A DNA stretch of 64,000 bases, taken from assembly GCA_040902765.1 (NCBI GenBank), contig JBBDWO010000028.1, positions 43,946 to 107,945 of the forward strand. Direction: 5' to 3'. Position numbers and translations under genes: made by a program. A model generated the notes under the pieces. It searched no databases. It was not told the DNA's origin and saw only the letters and a list, made by a program, of their open reading frames with translations. Of the stretch, positions 1-9,016 are shown one piece after another (the first letter of the stretch is position 1; each line of letters opens with the position of its first letter). Source of the DNA: Acidimicrobiia bacterium (GTDB lineage: Bacteria > Actinomycetota > Acidimicrobiia > Spongiisociales > UBA11373).

Positions 1-2
1 CG

Positions 3-257
3 ATGTCCAAGACGAAGGGTGGCGGTTCCACCAAGAACGGGCGCGACTCGAGGGCGCAGCGACTCGGAGCGAAGGCCTTCGATGGCCAGACGGTCAGCGC
101 TGGATCGATCCTGGTGCGACAGCGCGGGACGCGCATCCATCCCGGCGACAATGTCGGCCGCGGCCGTGACGACACGCTGTTCGCCATGGCACCCGGCGTG
201 GTCTCATACGGAACCCGTCGTGGTCGCCGCCAGGTGAGCATTCTCACCGACAACTGA
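3..257 (+). CDS. rpmA: 50S ribosomal protein L27
   Basis: 84 aa; N-terminus [16 protein letters not shown] is the canonical L27 signature; lies immediately upstream of obg. Confidence 0.9.
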   Translation: MSKTKGGGSTKNGRDSRAQRLGAKAFDGQTVSAGSILVRQRGTRIHPGDNVGRGRDDTLFAMAPGVVSYGTRRGRRQVSILTDN

Positions 258-278
258 TCCCTGCCGACCGGAGGCCTC

Positions 279-1544
279 GTGTTCGTAGACGAGGTGGTGG
301 TCCACCTACGCGCCGGTGACGGCGGTGCCGGTGTGGTCTCATTCGAGAAGATCAAGGGTCGGCCGCGGGGCAGACCGCTCGGTGGCTCGGGTGGCCGAGG
401 CGGCGACGTGATCATCGAGGCCTCGACCGCCATGTCGACGCTGCTCGACTACATGCGCCGGCCCCATCGCCGAGCGGGCTCAGGTACCCATGGCAGCGGC
501 GACCTCCAGAGCGGGAAGTCCGGCGACGATCTCGTCCTTCCGGTGCCGCCGGGGACGGTGGTGAAGGACATCGCGGGGACCGTGCTCGCCGATCTGGCCA
601 GACCCGGGCAAAGGGTGACGGTGCTCACCGGAGGCCGCGGCGGCAAGGGCAACCAAGCGCTCTCCGGGCGTCGGCATCTCGCACCTGCGTTCGCCGAGCA
701 AGGCGAGTACGGGGCCAGTGCCGACGTGATCCTCGAACTCAAGCTGATCGCCGACGCTGCCCTGGTGGGGTTCCCCAACGCCGGGAAGAGCACCCTCGTG
801 TCCGTGGTGTCGGCGGCCCGCCCCCGGATCGCCGACTACCCGTTCACGACTCTGGAACCGAACCTCGGCGTCGTCGACGTCGATGGGCGTCAGTTCGTCC
901 TTGCGGACGTTCCCGGGCTCATCGAAGGGGCGGCAGAGGGTCGTGGGCTCGGCCACTCGTTCCTGAGGCACGTGGAGCGAGCGCGGGTTCTGGTGATCCT
1001 GCTCGATCCCTCGCCACTTCAGGAGGCGTCGTGCGAGCAGCAGCTGGTGGTCCTTCTCTCGGAGCTGGAGGCACACGATCCGGCCCTGGCCGCCCGGGAG
1101 CGTGTGGTGGCGGTCACCAAGGCCGACCTGAGTGAGGCCGCGGAGGCTCATGAGCGGCTGGGTGGGAGTGATGCGGGCATCCATCTCGTGTCCGCGGCCA
1201 CCGGTGCCGGGGTCGAGGAGCTGATGCACCGGGTAGCCGATGCCGTGGCGCGGGTCGAAGCCGACCTGCCCGACGGGGAGGGCTACATCCTGCACCGGCC
1301 CGTGATGCCGGCGTTCGACGTCCACCACGACGGCGAGCGGTGGGTGGTGACCGGCCTCGCCGCCGAGCGCGCGGTGGCCTTCGACGATCTGACCGTGCCC
1401 GGAGCCGCCGAGGCGGCGGCGAGGCGGCTGCGCTCGGCGGGCATCGACGCCGTTCTCCGGTCCCAGGGCGCCGTCGACGGCGACGAGGTGCGCATCGGCG
1501 AAGTGATCTTCGAGTTCACTGAAGAAGAGGCGAGTAGCGAGTAG
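279..1544 (+). CDS. obg: GTPase Obg/CgtA
   Basis: GTG start with GGAGG RBS; Obg-fold N-terminus (Gly-rich), G1 motif GFPNAGKST and G3 DVPGLIEGA; C-terminal extension typical of actinobacteria; the stop codon lies in the first unit of a heptamer array. Confidence 0.9.
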   Translation: MFVDEVVVHLRAGDGGAGVVSFEKIKGRPRGRPLGGSGGRGGDVIIEASTAMSTLLDYMRRPHRRAGSGTHGSGDLQSGKSGDDLVLPVPPGTVVKDIAGTVLADLARPGQRVTVLTGGRGGKGNQALSGRRHLAPAFAEQGEYGASADVILELKLIADAALVGFPNAGKSTLVSVVSAARPRIADYPFTTLEPNLGVVDVDGRQFVLADVPGLIEGAAEGRGLGHSFLRHVERARVLVILLDPSPLQEASCEQQLVVLLSELEAHDPALAARERVVAVTKADLSEAAEAHERLGGSDAGIHLVSAATGAGVEELMHRVADAVARVEADLPDGEGYILHRPVMPAFDVHHDGERWVVTGLAAERAVAFDDLTVPGAAEAAARRLRSAGIDAVLRSQGAVDGDEVRIGEVIFEFTEEEASSE

Positions 1545-1606
1545 CGAGTACCAAGTACCAAGTACCGAATACCAAGTACCAAGTACGGCTGTTGGCTGTT
1601 GGCCAC
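1530..1606. repeat. Tandem heptanucleotide array: (GCGAGTA)x3 (CCAAGTA)x2 CCGAATA (CCAAGTA)x2 CGGCTGT (TGGCTGT) TGGCCAC
   Basis: Read directly from the sequence; 11 contiguous 7-nt units starting inside the obg stop codon. Confidence 0.75.
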
Positions 1607-1623
1607 TGACCTATCCTCCACTC

Positions 1624-2490
1624 ATGGTTTTCGCGAATCCGCAAGCTGCGCTCGATGCCCTCGCCGCCCAGAAGTACCTCGCCGACCTCGCCGTCGCGCA
1701 GGTGGTGTTCCTCGCAGAGCGGCTCGACAAGCCGGTGCTCGTCGAGGGTCCCGCAGGGGTAGGCAAGACCGAGCTGGCGAAGTCCGTCGCCGCAGCGACC
1801 GGGCGACGGCTCATCAGGCTCCAGTGCTACGAGGGCCTCGACGAGGCGAAGGCGCTCTACGAGTGGAACTACCGCAAGCAGCTGCTGCGCCTCCAGGCTG
1901 CACCGGGGGAGGCGTGGAGCGAGACCGAGTCCGACATCTTCGGCGAGGACTTCCTGCTCGCCCGACCGCTGCTCGAGGCCATCCGATCGCCGGAGTCCGT
2001 CGTTCTGCTCATCGACGAGGTCGATCGCGTCGAGGTGGAGACCGAGGCCCTCATGCTGGAGCTGCTCGCCGACTTTCAGGTGTCGATCCCCGAACTGGGC
2101 ACGATGACGGCGACGACCAGACCGGCGGTGTTCCTCACCTCGAACAACACCCGTGAGTTGTCGGAGGCGCTCAAGCGGCGATGCCTATACCTGCACATCG
2201 GGTATCCCACGATCGAGCGCGAGCAGGAGATCCTGCACGCCAGGCTGCCCGGGCTCGATGAGCGTCTCGCCGAGCAGGTGGCCCGGTTCGTCGCCGGGCT
2301 CCGCTCCATGCCGCTGCGCAAGCCCCCGTCGGTGAGCGAGAGCCTCGACTGGGCTGCCGCACTGCTCGCTCTGGGCGTGGCTGTGCTGGACGACTCGGTG
2401 GCCGCCGACACCCTCAACGTGCTGCTCAAGCACCAGTCCGACATCGACATCGTCGCCAAGGAGCTCGGCGCCGACCTCACCGAGACCTGA
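1624..2490 (+). CDS. MoxR-family AAA+ ATPase (CbbQ/NorQ/CoxD-like)
   Basis: Walker A GPAGVGKTE, Walker B LLIDEVDR and sensor region; the architecture and length (288 aa) fit the MoxR CbbQ/NorQ subgroup. Confidence 0.8.
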   Translation: MVFANPQAALDALAAQKYLADLAVAQVVFLAERLDKPVLVEGPAGVGKTELAKSVAAATGRRLIRLQCYEGLDEAKALYEWNYRKQLLRLQAAPGEAWSETESDIFGEDFLLARPLLEAIRSPESVVLLIDEVDRVEVETEALMLELLADFQVSIPELGTMTATTRPAVFLTSNNTRELSEALKRRCLYLHIGYPTIEREQEILHARLPGLDERLAEQVARFVAGLRSMPLRKPPSVSESLDWAAALLALGVAVLDDSVAADTLNVLLKHQSDIDIVAKELGADLTET

Positions 2491-3920
2491 TGCGTTTTCT
2501 CGTCGACTTCATCGGCGAGCTGCGCGAGGTGGGGATCGGCGTGTCGATGGTGGAGGCGGTCGACGCGGCCGCTGCTCTCGACCACATCGACCTTCTCGAC
2601 CGGGATCAGGTTCGGGCGACGCTCGCCGCAACGCTGATCAAGTCCTCCAGACACCTGGAGGCGTTCGACATCGCTTTCGATGCCTTCTTCGCCACGCGAC
2701 CTCGACCCTTCGACGGTCCCGAGTCACAGGGTGCCGAACCCCCGGCCGGTGGATCAGCGGGATCGGGTGGCATCGGTGGTGGGGGCACCGATGACGACAC
2801 CGACCTGATGGAGGCGCTGTTCCGGGCCGTGGACGCCGCCAACGACGACTTGCTGCAAGCGGTGGTTCGGGCGGCGGTCGGGCGCTTCGGGGGCATGGAG
2901 TCGGGTCGCCCGGTGGGTGGCACCTACTACGCATATCGGGTGGCCAGGGGCCTCGATCTCGACGCCTTGCGTCGTCGGCTCGAGGCGGTGGGTGAGTCGG
3001 ATGGCGAGTCGGCCCTCGATCGGCGACTCCGCCTTCAGGAGGTCGGGCGGGTCGTCGAACGGCTGCGCGACATGATCCGCCGGGAGATCACCCGCCGGCT
3101 GGTCGCCGACCGCGGCCATCTGCCGGTGGCGAAGACCATGCGTCGCCCGCTGGCCGAGGACATCGACCTGACCACGGCGACGCGTGACGACCTGCAGCGC
3201 ATCGAACGCGCCGTTCAGCCACTGACCAGAAAGCTGGCGGCCCGGGTGGCCAGGCGCCGGCGTACCGGCCTCGAGGGCCGCCTCGACGTGAGGCGAACCG
3301 TCCGACGATCCCTCTCCACCGGTGGGGCGCTCGCCGAGCCCCGGTTCCGAAAGCCGCGGCCGGGCAGACCCGACATAGTCGTCCTCGCCGATGTGAGCGG
3401 TTCGGTGGCCACGTTCGCCCGCTTCACCATGCAGCTGGTTCACGCGGTGTCGTCGCAGCTACGGCGGGTACGCGCTTTCGCTTTCATCGACGCCATCGAC
3501 GAAGTCACCGGTCACTTTCGTCCCGGGACCGACCTCGCCGCGGCGATGGCCCGGGTCGGCACCGAGGCCAGGGTGGTGTGGGTGGACGGCCACTCCAACT
3601 ACGGCCATGCCTTCGCCCAGTTCGTCGAACAGCATCTCGGGGCGGTGACTCCGACCACCACGGTGATCATCACCGGCGATGCCCGCACCAACTATCACGA
3701 CCCCCACACCGAGGCGCTGGCGACGATTGCCTCACGAGCGCGGGCCGTCTACTGGCTCAACCCCGAGGATCGGCGCTACTGGGACACCGGGGACTCCGTC
3801 ATCGGGCTCTATGCGCCGCTGTGTGAGGCCGTGTACGAGGTGCGCAACCTGAGGCAGTTGGAACGCTTCGTCGAGACGATCTCGGTGCTGCGGCGGGACC
3901 CGGCCCGCGTGGTCGCGTAA
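2490..3920 (+). CDS. VWA-domain protein (CoxE/NorD/CbbO-like partner of MoxR)
   Basis: C-terminal VWA with MIDAS-like DVSGSV motif (IVVLADVSGSVATFARF); TGATG start/stop overlap with the upstream MoxR gene. Confidence 0.75.
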   Translation: MRFLVDFIGELREVGIGVSMVEAVDAAAALDHIDLLDRDQVRATLAATLIKSSRHLEAFDIAFDAFFATRPRPFDGPESQGAEPPAGGSAGSGGIGGGGTDDDTDLMEALFRAVDAANDDLLQAVVRAAVGRFGGMESGRPVGGTYYAYRVARGLDLDALRRRLEAVGESDGESALDRRLRLQEVGRVVERLRDMIRREITRRLVADRGHLPVAKTMRRPLAEDIDLTTATRDDLQRIERAVQPLTRKLAARVARRRRTGLEGRLDVRRTVRRSLSTGGALAEPRFRKPRPGRPDIVVLADVSGSVATFARFTMQLVHAVSSQLRRVRAFAFIDAIDEVTGHFRPGTDLAAAMARVGTEARVVWVDGHSNYGHAFAQFVEQHLGAVTPTTTVIITGDARTNYHDPHTEALATIASRARAVYWLNPEDRRYWDTGDSVIGLYAPLCEAVYEVRNLRQLERFVETISVLRRDPARVVA

Positions 3921-3941
3921 GACTCAAGGTATCGTTGGGGC

Positions 3942-4364
3942 ATGACGATGAAAGGGTCTCGTCGCGAAAGGAACGACACCGTGACCCAGCGTGTGCTCGT
4001 CGTAGAAGACTCAGCCGTCATTCAGAGGCTGATCACGGTTTGCCTGCGGCCGGCCGGGGTCGAGGTCGAGACGCGCGACGACGGACCCACCGGACTCGAG
4101 GCAGCCATCGAACACCTGCCCGACTTGATCATTCTCGATGTCGGTCTTCCGCGGATGGACGGCTGGGAAGTCCTCGAGCGGATCCGCGCCGACGAGCGCA
4201 CCAAGTCGATCAAGGTCCTCGTCCTCACCGCGCATGCTCAGGAAGAGACCCGCGAGCGCGCCGATCGTGGCGGTGCCGACGCTTTCCTCACCAAGCCATT
4301 CCGCCCCGACGATCTCCGAGGCGTGGCTCTCGACCTTCTCAGCGACCTCGTCACGACCGGCTGA
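3942..4364 (+). CDS. Single-domain response regulator (CheY-like receiver)
   Basis: REC fold: VLVVEDS, phospho-acceptor Asp in LIILDVGLP, conserved T (VLTA) and K (TKPF); no output domain; no histidine kinase nearby. Confidence 0.75.
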   Translation: MTMKGSRRERNDTVTQRVLVVEDSAVIQRLITVCLRPAGVEVETRDDGPTGLEAAIEHLPDLIILDVGLPRMDGWEVLERIRADERTKSIKVLVLTAHAQEETRERADRGGADAFLTKPFRPDDLRGVALDLLSDLVTTG

Positions 4365-4371
4365 CACCACC

Positions 4372-4803
4372 TCAGGCGACCAGGGCAAGCCCCTTCGCCG
4401 GAGCCAGCCGAGCGCACACCCGCGTCGGATCGACGTAGAGCCCTCCCACCCGCACCGACAGATGAAGTGCGGGAATCCCGCGGTCCACTCCCGTTGCTCC
4501 TACGACCGTCGCTCGGTCGACCCGCTGCCCAGCCGTCGTCAGGAGTGACGACAGATAGGAGTAGGAGCTCCGTACCGCCCCGCCGTGATCGACGGTCACA
4601 CTCGCACGGCCGGCGACCATGCCGGCGAAACTGACCACACCGGGAGCGATCGGCCGAACCGGCGTCCCTTCGGGCACCGCCAGGTCTATGCCCCAGTGAC
4701 CTCCGTAGGCGCCGACGGGAGCAAAGGGTCTGATCATCGGGCCGTCCACCGGCGGGGTGAACAGGCACCACGACAGGGCGAGACCGGCGACGAGTGCCGT
4801 CAT
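4372..4803 (-). CDS. Secreted M23/LytM-domain peptidase (possibly degenerate HxH)
   Basis: Signal peptide MTALVAGLALSWCLF; M23 motifs HWGIDLAVPEGTPV and a C-terminal LHLSVRVGGLYVDP that should be HLH, so one His is missing; start chosen at the ATG that precedes the signal peptide. Confidence 0.6.
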   Translation of the reverse strand: MTALVAGLALSWCLFTPPVDGPMIRPFAPVGAYGGHWGIDLAVPEGTPVRPIAPGVVSFAGMVAGRASVTVDHGGAVRSSYSYLSSLLTTAGQRVDRATVVGATGVDRGIPALHLSVRVGGLYVDPTRVCARLAPAKGLALVA

Positions 4804-4888
4804 CCACCGACCGTATACCGACGGCACCGACGATTCCAGGGGGTCCGGGTGTCTCAGATCGCGCCCCGCGGTCAGTAACCTGCTCCGG

Positions 4889-5458
4889 ATGCGCCGCGGC
4901 ATTCTCGGTGGGACATTCGACCCGCCACACATGGCTCACCTGGTGGCCGGGGAGACGGCGCGCCAGCAGCTGTCCCTCGACGTCGTCACCTTCATGCCGG
5001 CGGGTGCACCGTGGCAGAAGGCGGCGCGGGCGGTGACGGAGCCGCGTCATCGGTGGGAGATGACGCTGCGGGCCGTCGAGGGCATCGACTACTTCGAGGC
5101 GGACGACCGCGAGATCCGCCGCGATGGCTGGACGTTCACCATCGATACCCTGCTCGAGTTCGCCGACGATGACGTGGTGCTCATCCTCGGCGCCGACGCC
5201 GCCGCCGGCCTCCCCACCTGGAACCGGGCCGACGAGGTGGCGCAGCGGGCCACCATCGCAGTGATGCCTCGGCCCGGAGTCGAGCGAGCGGCCGTGGACA
5301 TTCCAGGCGGACGGGTCGTGTGGCTGGAGGCCCCCGAGCTGGCCCTGTCGGGGACGCTGCTTCGTGCCATTCGCGGCGAGGGGAGAAGCGTCCGGTTCCT
5401 CGTGCCCGAGGCGGTGTTCGCCTACATCGAGGAGCACGGGTTGTACCGAGCCTCCTAG
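4889..5458 (+). CDS. nadD: Nicotinate-nucleotide adenylyltransferase
   Basis: GILGGTFDPPHMAHL (HxGH-type nucleotidyltransferase motif); start moved to the ATG preceding the motif. Confidence 0.85.
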   Translation: MRRGILGGTFDPPHMAHLVAGETARQQLSLDVVTFMPAGAPWQKAARAVTEPRHRWEMTLRAVEGIDYFEADDREIRRDGWTFTIDTLLEFADDDVVLILGADAAAGLPTWNRADEVAQRATIAVMPRPGVERAAVDIPGGRVVWLEAPELALSGTLLRAIRGEGRSVRFLVPEAVFAYIEEHGLYRAS

Positions 5459-5508
5459 CACTGCGCCGCCACTTCTCTAGGATTGGCTTGGACCCGTCAC
5501 GCGGAGGA

Positions 5509-5886
5509 TTGCCCATAGCGCTCCACGAGGAGACCTCAGATTTCGTCGCCAGAGCGGTCGCCGCACTGGACGACAAGAAGGGCATCGACGTCCTCGTCCT
5601 CGACGTGTCAACGCTGATCGTGGTCACGGATGCCTTTGTCATCGTCAGTGGCACTTCCCGACCCCACATCCAATCGCTTGCCGAGGGCGTAGAAGAGGCA
5701 CTTCGAGCGGTCGACCGCCGCCCCCTCCGTCGCGAGGGCGCGGACGAGACTCGCTGGGTCCTCCTCGACTACGGCGACTTCGTGGTCCATCTCTTCGATC
5801 AGGACACCAGGGAGTACTACGCCCTGGCACGGCTGTGGTCGGATGCCCCGCGGGTGGAGTTTCCCCTCGGAGTGGTAGCGGAATAG
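5509..5886 (+). CDS. rsfS: Ribosomal silencing factor RsfS (Iojap)
   Basis: KKGIDVLVLDV...YGDFVVHLF RsfS core; TTG start after RBS GCGGAGGA; conserved nadD-rsfS adjacency. Confidence 0.8.
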   Translation: MPIALHEETSDFVARAVAALDDKKGIDVLVLDVSTLIVVTDAFVIVSGTSRPHIQSLAEGVEEALRAVDRRPLRREGADETRWVLLDYGDFVVHLFDQDTREYYALARLWSDAPRVEFPLGVVAE

Positions 5887-5947
5887 GCCCGTCGCCTTTC
5901 CTCGGGGCGGTCGGCACCGGGCAATCGGGGGATACAATCGCTGACTC

Positions 5948-6020
<73 letters not shown>

Positions 6021-6026
6021 CTTACA

Positions 6027-6051
6027 AGAACCCTTGCGCTGCAAGGGTTCT
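6027..6051 (+). terminator. Perfect hairpin AGAACCCTTGC-GCT-GCAAGGGTTCT just after tRNA-Ala
   Basis: 11-bp stem with 3-nt loop, read from the sequence. Confidence 0.5.
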
Positions 6052-6180
6052 CGGTCTTGTGAGTGCGCCGCCGAGCGCCGGGCTGTCCGTCTACTGTCCG
6101 TCTGAGGTGGCGGACGCTCTCTGAACAGCTCGGGTGGGACGGTTTCCATCCGCTTCGACAATGTGAGGAGGGAAGGGGAC

Positions 6181-6447
6181 GTGAGGCAGCTTGGAACCGC
6201 ATGTCGCGTCTTGGCGATCTCGCTCGTCCTCGGAGGCTGCGGGCAGCCGATCGACGGCCTGGATACGGGCACGACGGCTACCGACGTGCCGTCGTCCGAG
6301 GCGACCATCGAAACCCTAGCAAGCGTGTTCGCGAGCTGTTCGGAGCCGCCCGATCCTGCCGCCGACGCGTACAGCTTCATCGCCGCGACCCAGGGTTGGC
6401 TTAGGGTTGATGCGGTGCTTAAATGCCAATCGGAGACCCGAAGGTGA
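6181..6447 (+). CDS. Hypothetical lipoprotein (islet)
   Basis: GTG start after GAGGAGGGAAGGGGA; lipobox LVLGGC; no recognisable domain. Confidence 0.45.
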   Translation: MRQLGTACRVLAISLVLGGCGQPIDGLDTGTTATDVPSSEATIETLASVFASCSEPPDPAADAYSFIAATQGWLRVDAVLKCQSETRR

Positions 6448-6652
6448 TGCCCCGACGCCCACTGCGATATTCAGGCTTGCCGAAGCCAAAGGCACGGGAG
6501 AGGCTCTCGAGGGTGCCGAGCAGGGAGTTGTCGACGCCGTCGTGCACAGCTCGTATTGGAAAGGCATTGATTGGGCCCTCTCCGAAGGCGCTGACGTGAG
6601 GGCCGTGACGGGAGGAAGGCGTCATGCCGCTGCACGTGGAGGAGGTCATGTG

Positions 6653-8011
6653 ATGTCGATACCCTGGCGTTCGCTCTCATCCAGCCGGATGCCCCTCGCC
6701 GCAGCCGCTCTGACCCTGCTCTCGCTCGCGCTAGTGAGTACGCACGATGCGCAGGCTTCTGATACTGCCGCTATTGACTACTACATCGAGAGTCAACCTC
6801 GGGTTGAGGTAGGCGCCGAGCCGCTGTGCGGCGTGTCCGACGACTCCCACCTGCTAGCCGGTGCTACGGAGACCGAGGCTGGCCACTTCTCGCACGAGGA
6901 TTGGATAGCTAACGAACGGGCTCAGGAAGACGTGAATCGGGTTCACGGCATATTGGCGAATCTCCCGCGAAGCAAGAGCCTGGACGGCAACACCACACCC
7001 GAAGAAGAAACCCTTGCATCGCGGCTGTCACAGGGGGTGGTTGGGGTTACCCACGACAACGTGACGCAGCAGTTCATCATTGTGGTCGATGCGACCGTGA
7101 TTGACATGGAGGGCCTGAAGACCGACTTGGCGGTCCTCGAAAGTGAGCTCGATATCGACATTCAGATCCGACCGGGCTGCCACAGTATCGACGACCTTGC
7201 CCGCGCCGAAACCGTGCTGCGCGGCCGTGCGTGGCACGCCGACGCCAGCAAAGCTACGTACGGGTTTTATGTGGATCCCGCGACAGCTACGTTCAACGTC
7301 ACCCTCTCCCCTGAGAACCGGGCACTAGGCGATGCGCTCGGCGAAACGCTTGGAGAGTTGGTTACTATCGAGTACGGCGAGCCGTCGCGTCGCGGACGCC
7401 TCAACGACGGCGAACCTCACTACGGTGGTGCCGGAATCGGGACGTTGAACAACAACTTCTGCACATCAGGCTTCACCATCGTGAAGAGCGGCGCTCGGGG
7501 CTCGGTGACTGCAGGGCACTGCTACAGCAACGGCACGAGCGTTTACTCGGGTCCGCAGTACTACGGATACAGCACCGGCAAGGCGAGCTTCCCTACGTAC
7601 GACATGATCCGAATCGCCTCGAGCGTGGAAACGTATGCCAACAAGATCCACGTCGATCCCTGTTGCCCGTCCGTTCGTACAGTTGTGAGCGACGCTGATA
7701 CGCAAGTTGACAACTACGTATGCGTCAGCGGCATGGTTACCCGTGCCGTGTGCGGACTCAGGGTTGTCTCGATGAGCGGCGAGCTGTGCGACGCACTCGG
7801 ATGCACACCGAACCTGGGAATTGCTGAGGACCCAGCAGGACGCACGGTAGGTCAGGGCGGCGACTCCGGGGCGCCCATCTACACCAGATGGTCCAACAAC
7901 CGAGCGCAGATTCACGGCATGGAGATCGGTGGAACCGCACCAACAAACGTCTACTTCCACAAAATCTCCCGGATGGAGAGCATCTTGGGGATGAGCGTGG
8001 CACACTCCTAG
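6653..8011 (+). CDS. Secreted S1-family serine protease with alpha-lytic/streptogrisin-like prodomain
   Basis: GGAGG RBS; signal peptide MSIPWRSLSSSRMPLAAAALTLLSLALVST; catalytic His in TAGHCY and Ser in GDSGAP; about 190-aa pro-region; codon usage visibly lower GC than the flanks. Confidence 0.8.
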   Translation: MSIPWRSLSSSRMPLAAAALTLLSLALVSTHDAQASDTAAIDYYIESQPRVEVGAEPLCGVSDDSHLLAGATETEAGHFSHEDWIANERAQEDVNRVHGILANLPRSKSLDGNTTPEEETLASRLSQGVVGVTHDNVTQQFIIVVDATVIDMEGLKTDLAVLESELDIDIQIRPGCHSIDDLARAETVLRGRAWHADASKATYGFYVDPATATFNVTLSPENRALGDALGETLGELVTIEYGEPSRRGRLNDGEPHYGGAGIGTLNNNFCTSGFTIVKSGARGSVTAGHCYSNGTSVYSGPQYYGYSTGKASFPTYDMIRIASSVETYANKIHVDPCCPSVRTVVSDADTQVDNYVCVSGMVTRAVCGLRVVSMSGELCDALGCTPNLGIAEDPAGRTVGQGGDSGAPIYTRWSNNRAQIHGMEIGGTAPTNVYFHKISRMESILGMSVAHS

Positions 8012-8292
8012 TGGTCCGTCGTACGTCGCGGAATCGGGGACCGAGGTTAGGAGGCTCGGCGGCGGCGGACCATGGCGATGATCTCTTCGGCGGTCTTGTG
8101 CCAGACCAACGGTCTGGGTTGTCGTTTCAGCGTTCGCCCCACAGTTCGATGGCGCCGATCGGCCTGTGCACGGAGCGGAACGAGTCGCGGCGGGGACGTC
8201 GAGTGGTGCGCTCACCGGAACCACCACGCCCGAACTGGTCGCGCAGCGGGTACTTCATTGATGCACTAAGATCACCTCGCGCCGCCACAGGA

Positions 8293-8706
8293 GTGTTTGT
8301 GCGCGTCTTGGTCGCCATGGTGCTGGCTACGATCCTGCTGACAGCCTGTGGTACCAACGAGACTGAACCTGACCGTGTGACGGCCATCGACGGAGCCGTC
8401 GACAACAGTGACGAGAGCACAGGAACCGTAGCCGAACGGACCAAGCCCGACCCGCCTCCGCCCTCACACCAGTGTACCGAGGCTGCGCTTGAGGACCTTC
8501 TTCGCCGAGTCACCGATAGAGGATGGACCTCCCGTCCCAACGAGGTGGCATTCGGAGCTTTTGTCGAGTTGTCCTTGTGCCGAGTTGTCGTGCAAAGCGA
8601 CTCCTTCACGCCAGATGAGACGCAAGCCCTCGCTGATCTCGACCCCGATGGCCGTGTTCTCGTTGAGCATACAGACGGCCCGGTCGGCAGGCGGGTGGGC
8701 GGGTAG
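8293..8706 (+). CDS. Hypothetical lipoprotein (islet)
   Basis: GTG start after AGGAG; lipobox ILLTAC; Pro-rich linker; no known domain. Confidence 0.5.
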   Translation: MFVRVLVAMVLATILLTACGTNETEPDRVTAIDGAVDNSDESTGTVAERTKPDPPPPSHQCTEAALEDLLRRVTDRGWTSRPNEVAFGAFVELSLCRVVVQSDSFTPDETQALADLDPDGRVLVEHTDGPVGRRVGG

Positions 8707-9016
8707 ACCAGTCACCTCACCGTCCGACTCAGCCACATCAAGCACCCGGAACCCCTCTAAACCCACGAGCGCCTTGAACCTCGGCCGAGCCGATACCGTT
8801 GACTGCCATCAGGGGCCTCCCTCCTCCGTCCCCTAGCCGGGGGGCAACCTCGCTCAGCGTCCTGCCGAAGTCTTCGGGTCCTGCCGATCGCCACCGAGGT
8901 GACTCGCTCAGCACCTTGGACGGCGACGGCGGGACGCTCAAGCTCTAGGTTGAGTCCCTCCCTGTAGCTGAGGAGGATGCTGTGGCTGCGAGCGATGGCC
9001 GAAGAGGCGCTGAGCT

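Noticed and set aside
480-1328. Long antisense ORFs (for example 480..1328-, 4238..5461-, 14913..16310-, 19981..21867-, 23205..25724- at 839 aa, and 58717..60501+ at 594 aa)
   Set aside because: They sit opposite well-supported genes. Their composition is low-complexity and Arg/Pro/Gly-rich, typical of high-GC antisense frames. No domain motifs were found. Only the C-terminal 127 aa of 58717..60501 (60118-60501) was kept.
1530-1606. Heptamer arrays as CRISPR
   Set aside because: The period is 7 nt with no spacers and no cas genes. They are simple tandem repeats.
4804-4888. ydaO/c-di-AMP riboswitch upstream of the M23 peptidase
   Set aside because: The leader is only about 85 nt and lacks the conserved ydaO helices.
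8464-8941. Minus-strand ORFs 8464..8766 and 8738..8941 that read as one frameshifted protein (…GARGFR|VLDVAESDGEV…)
   Set aside because: They overlap the plus-strand lipoprotein gene 8293-8706 and have no recognisable domain. They may be a degraded islet gene, but the evidence is insufficient.
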